Part shown: positions 8,005-17,068 of the stretch, piece by piece
How positions within the stretch are numbered: the first letter of the stretch is position 1
How the letters are laid out: each line of letters starts with the position of its first letter
From: Eubacteriales bacterium
GTDB lineage: Bacteria; Bacillota; Clostridia; Oscillospirales; CAG-272
Length of the DNA stretch: 64,000 nt
Direction: 5' to 3'
NCBI GenBank assembly: GCA_045658565.1
Contig: JAZOVF010000030.1
Span: forward strand, 208-64,207
Notes under the pieces: model-generated
Databases searched by the model: none
What the model was told of the DNA's origin: nothing
The model's input: the letters and a program-made list of their open reading frames with translations, nothing else
Made by a program: the position numbers and the translations under genes

Positions 8005-8343
8005 TTATGCCATGTTTTCGGTAAGCTTTCTGCCGCCGAGAATGTGGAAGTGAAGATGCTTTACAGACTGGCAACCGTCATCGCCTATGTTTGATACAAT
8101 CCTGTATCCGTTGTTAAGACCGAGGGATGCTGCGACTTTGGGAATAGCGACAAAAATCTTTGCCACGGTGTCGGCGTTTGCCTCATTGATTGCATCTGCC
8201 GAGGCAATATGCTCCTTAGGTACAACAAGACAGTGGACAGGTGCCTGAGGATTTATGTCGAGAAATGCATAACAATATTCATCCTCATAAACCTTTGTTG
8301 AGGGGATTTCACCCTTGATTATAGCGCAAAATAAGCAATCCAT
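8005..8343 (-). CDS. HIT-family (histidine triad) nucleotide-binding protein
   Basis: HLHFHILGG triad motif; 112 aa. Confidence 0.9.
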   Translation of the reverse strand: MDCLFCAIIKGEIPSTKVYEDEYCYAFLDINPQAPVHCLVVPKEHIASADAINEANADTVAKIFVAIPKVAASLGLNNGYRIVSNIGDDGCQSVKHLHFHILGGRKLTENMA

Positions 8344-8488
8344 AATTTAATACCGCCTTTAAAAAATGTGTTTAATTCATTTTAGCACAAATATCATAAA
8401 AATACAAGATAAAAACATCTTTTTTTCACTACTTGACTTTTGGGCTGAATTATTATACTATATATGTAGTAAAAAAATGGAGTAGACT

Positions 8489-9580
8489 ATGAATTATCAG
8501 CTGCCTGAGTATCCTTGTAAAGAGGATATGTGGGATTTACTTGCTCGGGAGACCAGACCTATAGTTGTTTACGGAATGGGAAACGGGGCCGACAAGCTAA
8601 TTGCACGATTTGATAAATACGGAATAAAAATATCAGACTTTTTTGCTTCTGACGGATTTGTGCGCGGTCATAGCTTTCACGGCTTCAAGGTAAAGTCTTT
8701 TTCGGAGATAAACGAGACATATCCACAATTCGTTATTGTTCTTTCTTTTGCCTCGAACAGAGAAGAGGTGCTCTCGGTGCTCGAGGAAATCAACAATAAT
8801 TTTGAACTTGTAATTCCCGATATGCCTGTTGCGGGAGCAGAGGAATATTTTGACAGAGAATTTTATAATACTAATTATGAAAAAATTCTTGAGGCTTACG
8901 ATAGATTTTCTGACGAAAAATCAAAAAAAACCTATGCGTCTATAATAAATTATAAGCTTACAGGCCGTATGAAATATCTATTATCGGCTATTTCCGAAAG
9001 AGACGAAATTTACTCTCTTTTGCCCTGCGAAAAAATACAAACAACCATCGATGCGGGAGCATATAACGGGGATACCGTAAGAGAGGCGAAGGGCTATTTT
9101 TCAAATCTTAAAAAGGTTTTTGCTGTCGAACCTGATAAACGAAATTTTAAAAAACTGGAGAAATATTCCGAGGCAGAAAGCGAAATTGTAATTAAAACGA
9201 TAAACGCGGCTGCCTGGTGCGATTGTGGCGAGGGCGAATTTTCAGACAGCGGAAACCGCAACTCCTCTGTTTCATCAACCGCATCCTTTGAGCACCGTGA
9301 TACAACCGTTTCTCTTGTTAAGATTGATAGCCTGACCTATGAAAAAGTAGACTATATCAAGTATGATGTTGAGGGAGCTGAGGCTGAGGCTCTTTTTGGC
9401 TCGGAGATGACAATTCTTCGTGATAGACCGGCTCTTTTAGTATCCCTCTATCACAGGAGCAGAGATATCTTTGAGCTTGTTAATACACTTGGCAAAAAAT
9501 ATCCGTTTTATAAGATGTATTTAAGACGTCTTAAGTGTGTTCCCGCTTGGGAAATTGATTTAATTCTTGTAAATGAATAA
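8489..9580 (+). CDS. FkbM-family methyltransferase with an N-terminal Rossmann-like domain
   Basis: DAGAYNGDT SAM-binding region and a ...IKYDVEGAE... block typical of FkbM. TGGAG RBS. Confidence 0.7.
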   Translation: MNYQLPEYPCKEDMWDLLARETRPIVVYGMGNGADKLIARFDKYGIKISDFFASDGFVRGHSFHGFKVKSFSEINETYPQFVIVLSFASNREEVLSVLEEINNNFELVIPDMPVAGAEEYFDREFYNTNYEKILEAYDRFSDEKSKKTYASIINYKLTGRMKYLLSAISERDEIYSLLPCEKIQTTIDAGAYNGDTVREAKGYFSNLKKVFAVEPDKRNFKKLEKYSEAESEIVIKTINAAAWCDCGEGEFSDSGNRNSSVSSTASFEHRDTTVSLVKIDSLTYEKVDYIKYDVEGAEAEALFGSEMTILRDRPALLVSLYHRSRDIFELVNTLGKKYPFYKMYLRRLKCVPAWEIDLILVNE

Positions 9581-9604
9581 TAAGAAAAGGACTATAAATT
9601 TATA

Positions 9605-10834
9605 ATGAAAAGACCCGAGATTTTATCTCCTGCTGGAAATTTTGAAAAAATGAAATCGGCTATCCTCTTTGGTGCTGATGCGGTGTATCTTGCGGGCGAG
9701 GCTTTTGGTATGAGAGCTGCGGCAGACAATTTTACTGTCGAGGAGCTTTCCGAGGCTGTAAAATATGCTCACGAAAGAGGTGTCAAGGTTTATCTTACAC
9801 TTAATACAATGCCGAGAGAGTATGAATATCCCACTCTTCGCTCCTACCTTGAAAAGACCCTCGACATTCCTTTTGATGCTATGATTATAGCCGACGTTGG
9901 TGTGCTTATGCTGGTTAAGGAGATGAGACCGAATACCGATATTCATATATCGACTCAGGCAAATGCTTCAAGCTCGGCTGCCTGCAATGCATGGTATAAC
10001 CTCGGAGCAAAGCGTGTTGTTCTTGCAAGAGAGCTTACTCTTGACGAAATAAAGGAGATAAAGCGAAATATTCCCGACGACCTTGAAATTGAGTGTTTTA
10101 TGCATGGCTCAATGTGCATATCTTATAGCGGAAGATGTCTGCTTTCCGGCCATCTTGTTGACAGAGATGCCAATCGCGGAATGTGCGCTCAGCCCTGCAG
10201 ATGGAATTATACCATCAGAGGCTATGAGATAGAGGAAGAAAAGAGACCCGAGGACAAAATGCCAATAGAAGAGGTAAACGGCGAAACCTTTATTATGGCA
10301 AGCCGGGACACCTGTACTATTGAGCATATTCCCGAGCTTATAGAAGCGGGGATAGACTCATTCAAAATTGAGGGAAGAATGAAGTCCCAGTACTACACCG
10401 CCGTTGTTACTAATACCTATAAAATGGCTCTTGACAGCTATTTTTCCGGTGAGTATAAATATAACCCTCTTTGGCTTGATGAGCTTCTTTCGGTCAGCCA
10501 CAGGGAATATGCAACAGGGTACTATTTTAATGACCCGAGAAATGATGCAAACCTTGTTTCTAACAATGGGTACATGAAAGAAAAGGCCTTTCTTGCCGTA
10601 GCCCTTGATTATGACGAGGAAAAGGGAATAGGTAAGTTTGAGCAGAGAAATAAGATGTTTCTCTTTGACGATGTTGAGCTTTTAACCCCCGGCAGAGTTG
10701 GAGAAGCTCTCCATGCTACCGAGATGTATAACGATAAACTTGAGCCTATCGAGGACACAAGACACCCCTATATGACATTCTACATGAAAGTAGACAAAAA
10801 AATACGCCCCGGTGATATTATCAGGGCTAAATAG
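9605..10834 (+). CDS. Peptidase U32 family protein
   Basis: RPEILSPAGN start, ...DAVYLAG..FGMRA..., and the FMHGSMCISYSGRCLLS cysteine block typical of U32. Confidence 0.85.
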   Translation: MKRPEILSPAGNFEKMKSAILFGADAVYLAGEAFGMRAAADNFTVEELSEAVKYAHERGVKVYLTLNTMPREYEYPTLRSYLEKTLDIPFDAMIIADVGVLMLVKEMRPNTDIHISTQANASSSAACNAWYNLGAKRVVLARELTLDEIKEIKRNIPDDLEIECFMHGSMCISYSGRCLLSGHLVDRDANRGMCAQPCRWNYTIRGYEIEEEKRPEDKMPIEEVNGETFIMASRDTCTIEHIPELIEAGIDSFKIEGRMKSQYYTAVVTNTYKMALDSYFSGEYKYNPLWLDELLSVSHREYATGYYFNDPRNDANLVSNNGYMKEKAFLAVALDYDEEKGIGKFEQRNKMFLFDDVELLTPGRVGEALHATEMYNDKLEPIEDTRHPYMTFYMKVDKKIRPGDIIRAK

Positions 10835-10842
10835 GAGATTAT

Positions 10843-11682
10843 ATGCTGATTTTTGAAATTATAAAATCTATAATTCTCGGTATTGTTGAGGGTATAACCG
10901 AATGGCTGCCAATAAGCTCAACAGGACACATGATACTGGTTGATGAATTCATCACCTTGAATATATCCCCCGAGTTTAAGGAAGCCTTTCTGTTCGTTAT
11001 TCAGCTAGGTGCAATTCTTGCTGTTCCGGTATACTTCTTTGATAAGTTAAATCCGTTTTCCAGGCGAAAAAGCGAGGCAGAACGCAAAAACACATGGACA
11101 TTATGGTTCAAAGTAATTGTTGGTTGTCTGCCTGCTGCTATACTCGGACTTTTGCTCGATGACTTCTTTGAAGAGTATTTTTACAACTATTTTGTTGTCG
11201 CGATTGCTCTTATTATTTATGGTATTGCCTTTATCTTTGTCGAGCGAATAAAGGCAGGCAAGGAGTATAGAGTAAACACGGTAAACGACCTTACTTATAA
11301 AGATGCACTAACAATAGGTGCGTATCAGGTTTTGGCAATAATTCCCGGAACATCTCGCTCCGGCTCCACAATTCTCGGAGGAATGCTCTCCGGAGTATCA
11401 AGAACCGCCGCCGCAGAATTTTCATTCTTTATGGCAATACCCGTAATGCTTGGCGCATCGGGAATCAAGGCTTTGAAATTCGTGCTTATGGGGTATAGCG
11501 CAACCTTTGATGAGCTTATAATTTTAGCGGTCGGTACGCTTGTCGCCTTTCTTGTTTCACTTTTTGCAATAAAGTTCCTTATGGACTTTGTAAAGAGGCA
11601 CGACTTTACCGTCTTTGGCATTTACAGAATAATTCTTGGTGTAATTGTTATAGGCTATTTTGTATTTAAAGATTTATTTTAA
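10843..11682 (+). CDS. uppP: Undecaprenyl-diphosphate phosphatase
   Basis: EWLPISSTGHM and PGTSRSGSTI motifs; multi-TM. Confidence 0.92.
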   Translation: MLIFEIIKSIILGIVEGITEWLPISSTGHMILVDEFITLNISPEFKEAFLFVIQLGAILAVPVYFFDKLNPFSRRKSEAERKNTWTLWFKVIVGCLPAAILGLLLDDFFEEYFYNYFVVAIALIIYGIAFIFVERIKAGKEYRVNTVNDLTYKDALTIGAYQVLAIIPGTSRSGSTILGGMLSGVSRTAAAEFSFFMAIPVMLGASGIKALKFVLMGYSATFDELIILAVGTLVAFLVSLFAIKFLMDFVKRHDFTVFGIYRIILGVIVIGYFVFKDLF

Positions 11683-11692
11683 TTTTAAAAAT

Positions 11693-11728
11693 CGAGTCAA
11701 AAGCAATATGCCAATGACTCGGTTTTTT
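11693..11728. terminator. Bidirectional terminator between uppP and xpt
   Basis: CGAGTCA / TGACTCG stem followed by T6, with an A-run on the other side. Confidence 0.65.
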
Positions 11729-11770
11729 CTGTATCTATTATTTTATGCATTGCATTTTGTCTTGGTAAAA

Positions 11771-12343
11771 TCAATCATCAAATACGATTTTTCCAAGGCC
11801 AAGCTCCTTGATTTTAACAAGAGACTCGAGCCTGTAACCGATTGAGCGTATATCCTTGCCGCCTCCGAGGTAGGATTTTTCAATAGCTACACCTGCACCC
11901 GCAACCTTAGCTCCGCCGGCTTCAGCAAGATGAATAAGAATTTTCATTGCAGAGCCGTTGGCAAGAAAGTCATCAATGAGAAGAACTCTGTCATTTTTGT
12001 CTAATACTTTTTTTGAAATATAAACATCATACGCCTGACCGTGGGTGTAGGAAATAACATGGGTAGAGTAGTAATCGTTACCAAAGGATGCATTTCTTGA
12101 CTTCTTTGCGTACACAACAGGAACACCAAAATAGGAAGCAACCATTGTTGAAAGAGCAATTCCCGCAGATTCAATGGTGAGAATCTTGGTAATCTTTTCG
12201 TCCTTGAATCTCTCGTACCACTCCTTAGCCATTTTATCAATCAGCTTAACGTCTATCTGATGATTGAGAAACGAGTCAACCTTGAGCACTCCACCGGGAA
12301 GCACATCTGCTGATTCTAAAATTTTGTTTTTTAATTCTTCCAT
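11771..12343 (-). CDS. xpt: Xanthine phosphoribosyltransferase
   Basis: MEELKNKILES..VLKVDSFLNHQID...IESAGIA...LLIDDFLANG matches B. subtilis Xpt closely. The ORF track TTG start at 12355 is less likely. Confidence 0.9.
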   Translation of the reverse strand: MEELKNKILESADVLPGGVLKVDSFLNHQIDVKLIDKMAKEWYERFKDEKITKILTIESAGIALSTMVASYFGVPVVYAKKSRNASFGNDYYSTHVISYTHGQAYDVYISKKVLDKNDRVLLIDDFLANGSAMKILIHLAEAGGAKVAGAGVAIEKSYLGGGKDIRSIGYRLESLVKIKELGLGKIVFDD

Positions 12344-12362
12344 AGCTTTATCCAATCTGAAA

Positions 12363-13040
12363 CTAATAATTATTTATTTTATCCCATTCAATAGGGGAGC
12401 TGTTGTTTTTCACCAAAAAATTGTTTGCCAATACAAAATGGTTACACCCAAAAAAACCGGCATAGGCCGACAGGGGGCTTGGGTGAGCGCATTCAAGAAC
12501 AAGGTGTTTTGGGTTAGTTATAAGCTGTTTTTTTGCTCTTGCATTTCCGCCCCACAGCATAAACACAACAGGCTCTTCCTTTTCGTTAATTAAAGAAATA
12601 ATTTTGTCTGTCAGTATTTCCCAGCCTTGTCCCTTATGGCTCTGCGGCAGTCCTTCGCGAACGGTAAGGGTGGTGTTTAAAAGCAGAGCACCTTGCTTTG
12701 CCCAGCCCACAAGCTCGCCACACTCGGGAGCTTCTATTTTAAGCTCTGAATACAGCTCCTTGAATATATTTTTAAGCGAGGGCGGAGGCTCAACACCCCG
12801 CTTTACCGAAAAGCAGAGTCCGTGTGCTTGCCCGGGGCCGTGGTAGGGATCCTGTCCGAGGATTACAACCTTTGTATTTTCATAAGATGTATAGCGAAGA
12901 GCATTGAATATATCATTCATCGGAGGATAAATCCTCTTTGAAAAATATTCTTTCTTAAGAAACTCTCTTAAATTTAAATAATAAGCCTTTTTAAATTCAT
13001 CTGAGAGAAGTGTATCCCAGTCGTTATTCAGCAAAACCAT
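12363..13040 (-). CDS. ung: Uracil-DNA glycosylase
   Basis: GQDPYHGPGQAHGLCFSV and HPSPLSA motifs. AGGTGG RBS. Confidence 0.95.
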   Translation of the reverse strand: MVLLNNDWDTLLSDEFKKAYYLNLREFLKKEYFSKRIYPPMNDIFNALRYTSYENTKVVILGQDPYHGPGQAHGLCFSVKRGVEPPPSLKNIFKELYSELKIEAPECGELVGWAKQGALLLNTTLTVREGLPQSHKGQGWEILTDKIISLINEKEEPVVFMLWGGNARAKKQLITNPKHLVLECAHPSPLSAYAGFFGCNHFVLANNFLVKNNSSPIEWDKINNY

Positions 13041-13080
13041 AAGCCACCTGAATTTTCATTTTATATAATAATAACACAAA

Positions 13081-13110
13081 GGAACCGAAAAATCAACAAG
13101 TTTCGGTTCC
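13081..13110. terminator. Hairpin terminator (10-bp stem) retained downstream of the AraC remnant
   Basis: GGAACCGAAA-N10-TTTCGGTTCC, T-rich on both sides. Confidence 0.6.
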
Positions 13111-13129
13111 TTTTCTGAAAAAGTGGCAA

Positions 13130-13220
13130 TTATTTATTTTTTCTGTAGGATGCGGGGGATATTCCGATTTTGGATCTGAAGATTCGCGAGAAGAAGTGCG
13201 CATCGGTATAACCAACCGAT
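13130..13220 (-). pseudogene. C-terminal remnant (about 30 codons) of an AraC-family transcriptional regulator
   Basis: The minus strand reads ..SISVGYTDAHFFSRIFRSKIGISPASYRKNK*, the second HTH of the AraC family. There is no N-terminal part, start codon or RBS. Confidence 0.65.
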
Positions 13221-13925
13221 ATGGATATTATGGCATGGCTTGTTGGCAAGAAATGTAAAAGGGTACAGTCATTTGGTACACTTTCTCATTTTACCATTGA
13301 CAATGCTCCTGCTGATGCTCCCGAGTACTGCATAGACGGTTGTCCTCATGCAGAAGAATGTCCCTACAATACTGTGAAAATTTATTATAACGATAAGGAA
13401 AATGATTGGTTCCGTACAACCTGCACCAAAATAGCAAATCCAACCGATGAGGATGTTGAAAAGGCGATAAGGACAACCGATTACGGAAAATGCGTTTATA
13501 AATGCCCCAACAACGTAGTTGACCATCAGGTAGTAAATCTTGGGTTTGAAGACGATATATACGCAAACTTTACGATGTTCTCATTTAACAAAGGCGGCAG
13601 AGAAATAAGAATAATGGGTACTAAGGGGGAGCTTCGAGGCTCAATGGACAGTCCGATTATTACCGTTTACGATTTTCTTACTAAAACTACAAGAGAGATT
13701 GACCTTGATTCAAGTGCAGTTGGAAATACTCTCCAAAGCGGTCACGGAGGCGGTGACTACGGCATAATGGTTGCTCTTCTTGATGTGATTGAGGGTAGGG
13801 AAAACCGTTCAGCATGTGATATAGGCGAGTCGTGCGATAATCACCTTATTTCCTTTGCTGCCGAGGAATCAAGACTTACCGGCAAGGTAATCGATATGGA
13901 AGAGTATTCCGCAAGATTTAATTAA
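13221..13925 (+). pseudogene. C-terminal roughly 60 percent of a Gfo/Idh/MocA-family oxidoreductase; the N-terminal Rossmann domain is missing
   Basis: Begins inside the conserved (H)DIMAWLVG block of the family's C-terminal domain. There is no NAD-binding GxGxxG region, and no SD precedes the fortuitous ATG. Confidence 0.6.
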
Positions 13926-13941
13926 CTTTTATATAACAAAA

Positions 13942-13982
13942 GAGCTGAGTCAAAAGCTTTAAATTAGCTAATGGCTCAGCTC
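13942..13982. terminator. Hairpin between the oxidoreductase fragment and ruvB (likely the ruvB terminator)
   Basis: GAGCTGAG / CTCAGCTC stem with a large structured loop. The minus strand is followed by TTTTGTTAT. Confidence 0.45.
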
Positions 13983-14020
13983 CTTGATTTTTAGGTCTGC
14001 CTTTATTTTTTTGCTTAATT

Positions 14021-15100
14021 TTAAATTTCGATCTTGCTTTGTCCTTGAAGTTGTGTCGGAGAGGTATAACCGTTTGTGACAAAAGGAATACCCAGGTGGT
14101 CATATGCAAGCCTTGTTACACATCTACCTCTCGGAGTTCTTGAAAGGAAGCCTATTTGCATAAGATATGGCTCATACACATCTTCGATTGTAACAGCCTC
14201 CTCGCCAATGGTTGCGGCAAGAGTATCAAGACCAACAGGGCCTCCGCCGTAAAACTTAATTATCGCTTCCAGCATTCTGCGGTCGATGTTGTCAAGCCCA
14301 AGCTCGTCAATTTCAAGAGACTCAAGTGCGTATCTTGCAATTTCAGAGGTTATAGTACCGTCACCCTTGACAAGGGCAAAATCGCGAACTCGCTTTAAAA
14401 GCCTGTTTGCAATTCTGGGAGTACCTCTCGAGCGTGAAGCGATGCTTTCTGCACCGTCTGCCGTTATTGATATTTCCAGTATATCTGCAGAACGCTTTAC
14501 AATGGTTGCAAGCTCCTCGGGTGAATATAGTTCAAGCTTTAAAAGAACGCCAAATCTGTCGCGCAGGGGAGTTGTGAGCTGTCCTGCTCTTGTTGTTGCT
14601 CCGATAAGGGTGAATTTTGGTATCGGCATATGTATTGTTCTGGCACTTGGACCCTTGCCGATTATAATATCGAGGGCATAATCCTCCATTGCGGGATAAA
14701 GAATTTCTTCGGCTACTCTTGAGAGGCGGTGTATCTCGTCGATAAAGAGAACATCACCGGGAGCAAGGTTGGTCAGAATTGCGGCAAGGTCTCCGGGTTT
14801 CTCGATAGCAGGACCTGAGGTTGTGCGGATGTTAACACCCATTTCGTTTGCAATAATTGATGAAAGGGTAGTTTTTCCCAGGCCGGGAGGTCCGTAAAGA
14901 AGAACGTGGTCGAGAGCTTCGCCTCTCATTTTAGCACTCTCGATATAAACCTTAAGGTTTGATTTTGCCTTTGTTTGACCTACATACTCTGCAAGAGTCT
15001 TGGGTCTAAGGCAGTTTTCTACCTCACCGTCTTCTATTGAGTCATATTCATTTGATATTATTCGGTTTTCAAAATCAAATTCATTAGCTTCTTCTATCAT
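14021..15100 (-). CDS. ruvB: Holliday junction branch-migration helicase RuvB
   Basis: [15 protein letters not shown], and typical RuvB N- and C-terminal domains. Confidence 0.97.
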   Translation of the reverse strand: MIEEANEFDFENRIISNEYDSIEDGEVENCLRPKTLAEYVGQTKAKSNLKVYIESAKMRGEALDHVLLYGPPGLGKTTLSSIIANEMGVNIRTTSGPAIEKPGDLAAILTNLAPGDVLFIDEIHRLSRVAEEILYPAMEDYALDIIIGKGPSARTIHMPIPKFTLIGATTRAGQLTTPLRDRFGVLLKLELYSPEELATIVKRSADILEISITADGAESIASRSRGTPRIANRLLKRVRDFALVKGDGTITSEIARYALESLEIDELGLDNIDRRMLEAIIKFYGGGPVGLDTLAATIGEEAVTIEDVYEPYLMQIGFLSRTPRGRCVTRLAYDHLGIPFVTNGYTSPTQLQGQSKIEI

Positions 15101-15119
15101 TTAAAAACATCCTTTAAAA

Positions 15120-15740
15120 TTATCTGCCACCTGCAAGCTTTTTGAGGGCGGACTTGATTATTTCGCCAACATCGGCAGATGTATCAACCCCCTTGAGAGC
15201 GGCAAGTATGGTGCTTTTGTCGTAGCCGAGAACAAGAAGAGCCTCGGTAGCCTCGGCAAGAGCTGTGCCTTTTGCTGCTACAGGGATATCTGACATAGCA
15301 GACGATGATGAGGTGCTCTCGTATGAGAGCATGGATTTTGACATTTTTTCCTTTAATTCAAGTATAATACGAAGTGCGCTTTTTGCTCCTATTCCGGGGG
15401 CTTTTGCGATAGCCTTTGCATCGTCGGTGCAAATAGCGAGAGCCAGCTTTTCGGGAGTGAGAGTTGAAAGTATGCTCATTGCAACCTTTGGACCGACACC
15501 GCTGACTGTTGTAAGGTTGTTAAAGCATTCCTTTTCTTCGGTTGTACCAAAGCCAAATAGCTCAATACCGTCCTCACGAACTGCAAGATGGGTATAAAGA
15601 GTAACCGTTTTTCCAAGCTTTGAAAGCAGGGAATCGGATGTATTAAGGCTTACGGTAAGCTTGTATCCTACACCGCCGCAGTCTATAACACAAAAAGAAG
15701 CATCTCTGTGTACAAGTTCCCCTTTTAAGTAGTAGAACAT
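15120..15740 (-). CDS. ruvA: Holliday junction DNA-binding protein RuvA
   Basis: MFYYLKGEL start with GGAGA RBS (the ORF-track TTG at 15752 contains the RBS). HhH motifs GVGPKVA and PGIGAKSA. Confidence 0.93.
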   Translation of the reverse strand: MFYYLKGELVHRDASFCVIDCGGVGYKLTVSLNTSDSLLSKLGKTVTLYTHLAVREDGIELFGFGTTEEKECFNNLTTVSGVGPKVAMSILSTLTPEKLALAICTDDAKAIAKAPGIGAKSALRIILELKEKMSKSMLSYESTSSSSAMSDIPVAAKGTALAEATEALLVLGYDKSTILAALKGVDTSADVGEIIKSALKKLAGGR

Positions 15741-15758
15741 ATTTTTCTCCAATCAGCA

Positions 15759-15962
15759 TTATTCGCCAGAGTTTTGTGAAACTATGATTTTTTTCACAGA
15801 TTTTTCAAGAGTCACCCTGGGGAGGGTGAGATCTCTTCCGCAGCCTTCGCAGCATATTCTTATGTCGCTTCCTGTTCTCAGAACTCTAAAAATATCAGAG
15901 CCGCAGGGGTGTTTTTTTTTTAGCTGTAGCTTATCGTCAACACTAAACTTTGCAATGTTCAT
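15759..15962 (-). CDS. DUF951-family small protein
   Basis: KKKHPCGS..F.V.R.G.DIRI.C..CGR block. The ATG at 15962 lies 1 nt after the upstream stop. Confidence 0.65.
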   Translation of the reverse strand: MNIAKFSVDDKLQLKKKHPCGSDIFRVLRTGSDIRICCEGCGRDLTLPRVTLEKSVKKIIVSQNSGE

Positions 15963-15963
15963 A

Positions 15964-16437
15964 TCAGTTATCCGAATACAGGGATTTGTAAGGCTTTTTT
16001 GCATCTGCCTTGGATTTTGTCTTGCTTTTTGATTTTATATGCTTGTCTGTTTTTTCATCGATATACTTTACCAGCTTTTTTATTCCAACCGTTAATCCAA
16101 AGAAGAACGCATAGAATACGGTAAATATTATGACTGCAGTAAACACCTTTGCAGAAGAATCGGCAGAAATATTTCCTGTTGAGATAAATACAACACAGAA
16201 TGCAACCATAAGAGTAAGGTAGTGTATCAAAATTCTTAAAGCAAGGTTAATTGACTTTATCTCAAATATCATGGTTGCTATGGATATAAGCAGTCCGAAG
16301 CCGAATATCAGCGCAAAGGTAGAAAAGCTTATAGATTCGTTTGCAGCTTTGCTTAAAGCGGGGAAAAGATAAAACAGAGTTAAAATGGCTATAGTAAAGC
16401 CACAAGCCTTAAGCAATAGATTTTCAAGTCTTTTCAT
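15964..16437 (-). CDS. Hypothetical membrane protein (4 predicted TM helices, Lys-rich tail)
   Basis: Hydrophobic segments. AGGAG upstream of the ATG at 16437 (MKRLEN). C-terminus KSKSKTKSKADAKK. Confidence 0.5.
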   Translation of the reverse strand: MKRLENLLLKACGFTIAILTLFYLFPALSKAANESISFSTFALIFGFGLLISIATMIFEIKSINLALRILIHYLTLMVAFCVVFISTGNISADSSAKVFTAVIIFTVFYAFFFGLTVGIKKLVKYIDEKTDKHIKSKSKTKSKADAKKPYKSLYSDN

Positions 16438-16597
16438 TGCGTTTTTTACTCCTAAACATCGGTTTACACATTTTTTATTCTTAATAATCATATCACAAAT
16501 GGTTACGAATTTCAAGTCCTTTTGCGAAAATGGGGGTATGGGAAGTTTTTATGTTTTTTATAATATGAATATTAAGCATAAATATTCTTTTTATGGA

Positions 16598-16626
16598 TTG
16601 ACTTTCGCGAAGTGTAGTGATATAAT
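16598..16626 (+). promoter_or_regulatory. Sigma-A promoter of nusB: TTGACT-17-TATAAT with an extended -10 TG
   Basis: Read directly: TTGACT 16598-16603, TGa 16618-16620, TATAAT 16621-16626. Confidence 0.6.
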
Positions 16627-16663
16627 ATATAAGATAAAATATATTGATAAAGAAGGTTGTTTT

Positions 16664-17068
16664 ATGCAGAGAAGGATAGCGCGTGAAAACGCATTTATAC
16701 TTATTTTCGAGAGCATTTTCAAAGAGGACGAGTCCTGCGAGGAGATTTTTACCAAGGCGACCGAAATACGCGGCCTTGAGTATGATGATTATGTAAAAAA
16801 TGCCTTTTTTGGCTCGTACGAAAACAGAGAGTATATCGACAGTGCTGTTGAGAGACATTCAACGGGTTGGAAAAAGGAAAGAATATCTCCTGTTTCTACA
16901 GCCGTTATACGTCTTGCTGCTTATGAAATGATGTTTATGGATGATATTCCCGCCAGAGTATCGATAAACGAGGCGATTGAGCTTTCAAAAAAATATGATG
17001 ACGAAAAATCCTATTCTTTTGTAAACGGTGTGCTCAATGCGCTTAGCGAGGAGTATAATAAAAAATGA
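16664..17068 (+). CDS. nusB: Transcription antitermination factor NusB
   Basis: MQRRIARENAFILIF... start at 16664. The ORF-track N-terminal extension is non-coding leader. Confidence 0.9.
   Translation: MQRRIARENAFILIFESIFKEDESCEEIFTKATEIRGLEYDDYVKNAFFGSYENREYIDSAVERHSTGWKKERISPVSTAVIRLAAYEMMFMDDIPARVSINEAIELSKKYDDEKSYSFVNGVLNALSEEYNKK

Noticed and set aside
12344-12362. A purine (guanine) riboswitch upstream of xpt, as in B. subtilis xpt-pbuX.
   Set aside because: Only about 19 nt separate the ung stop from the xpt start, which leaves no space for a 70-nt aptamer plus expression platform. xpt appears to be co-transcribed with ung.
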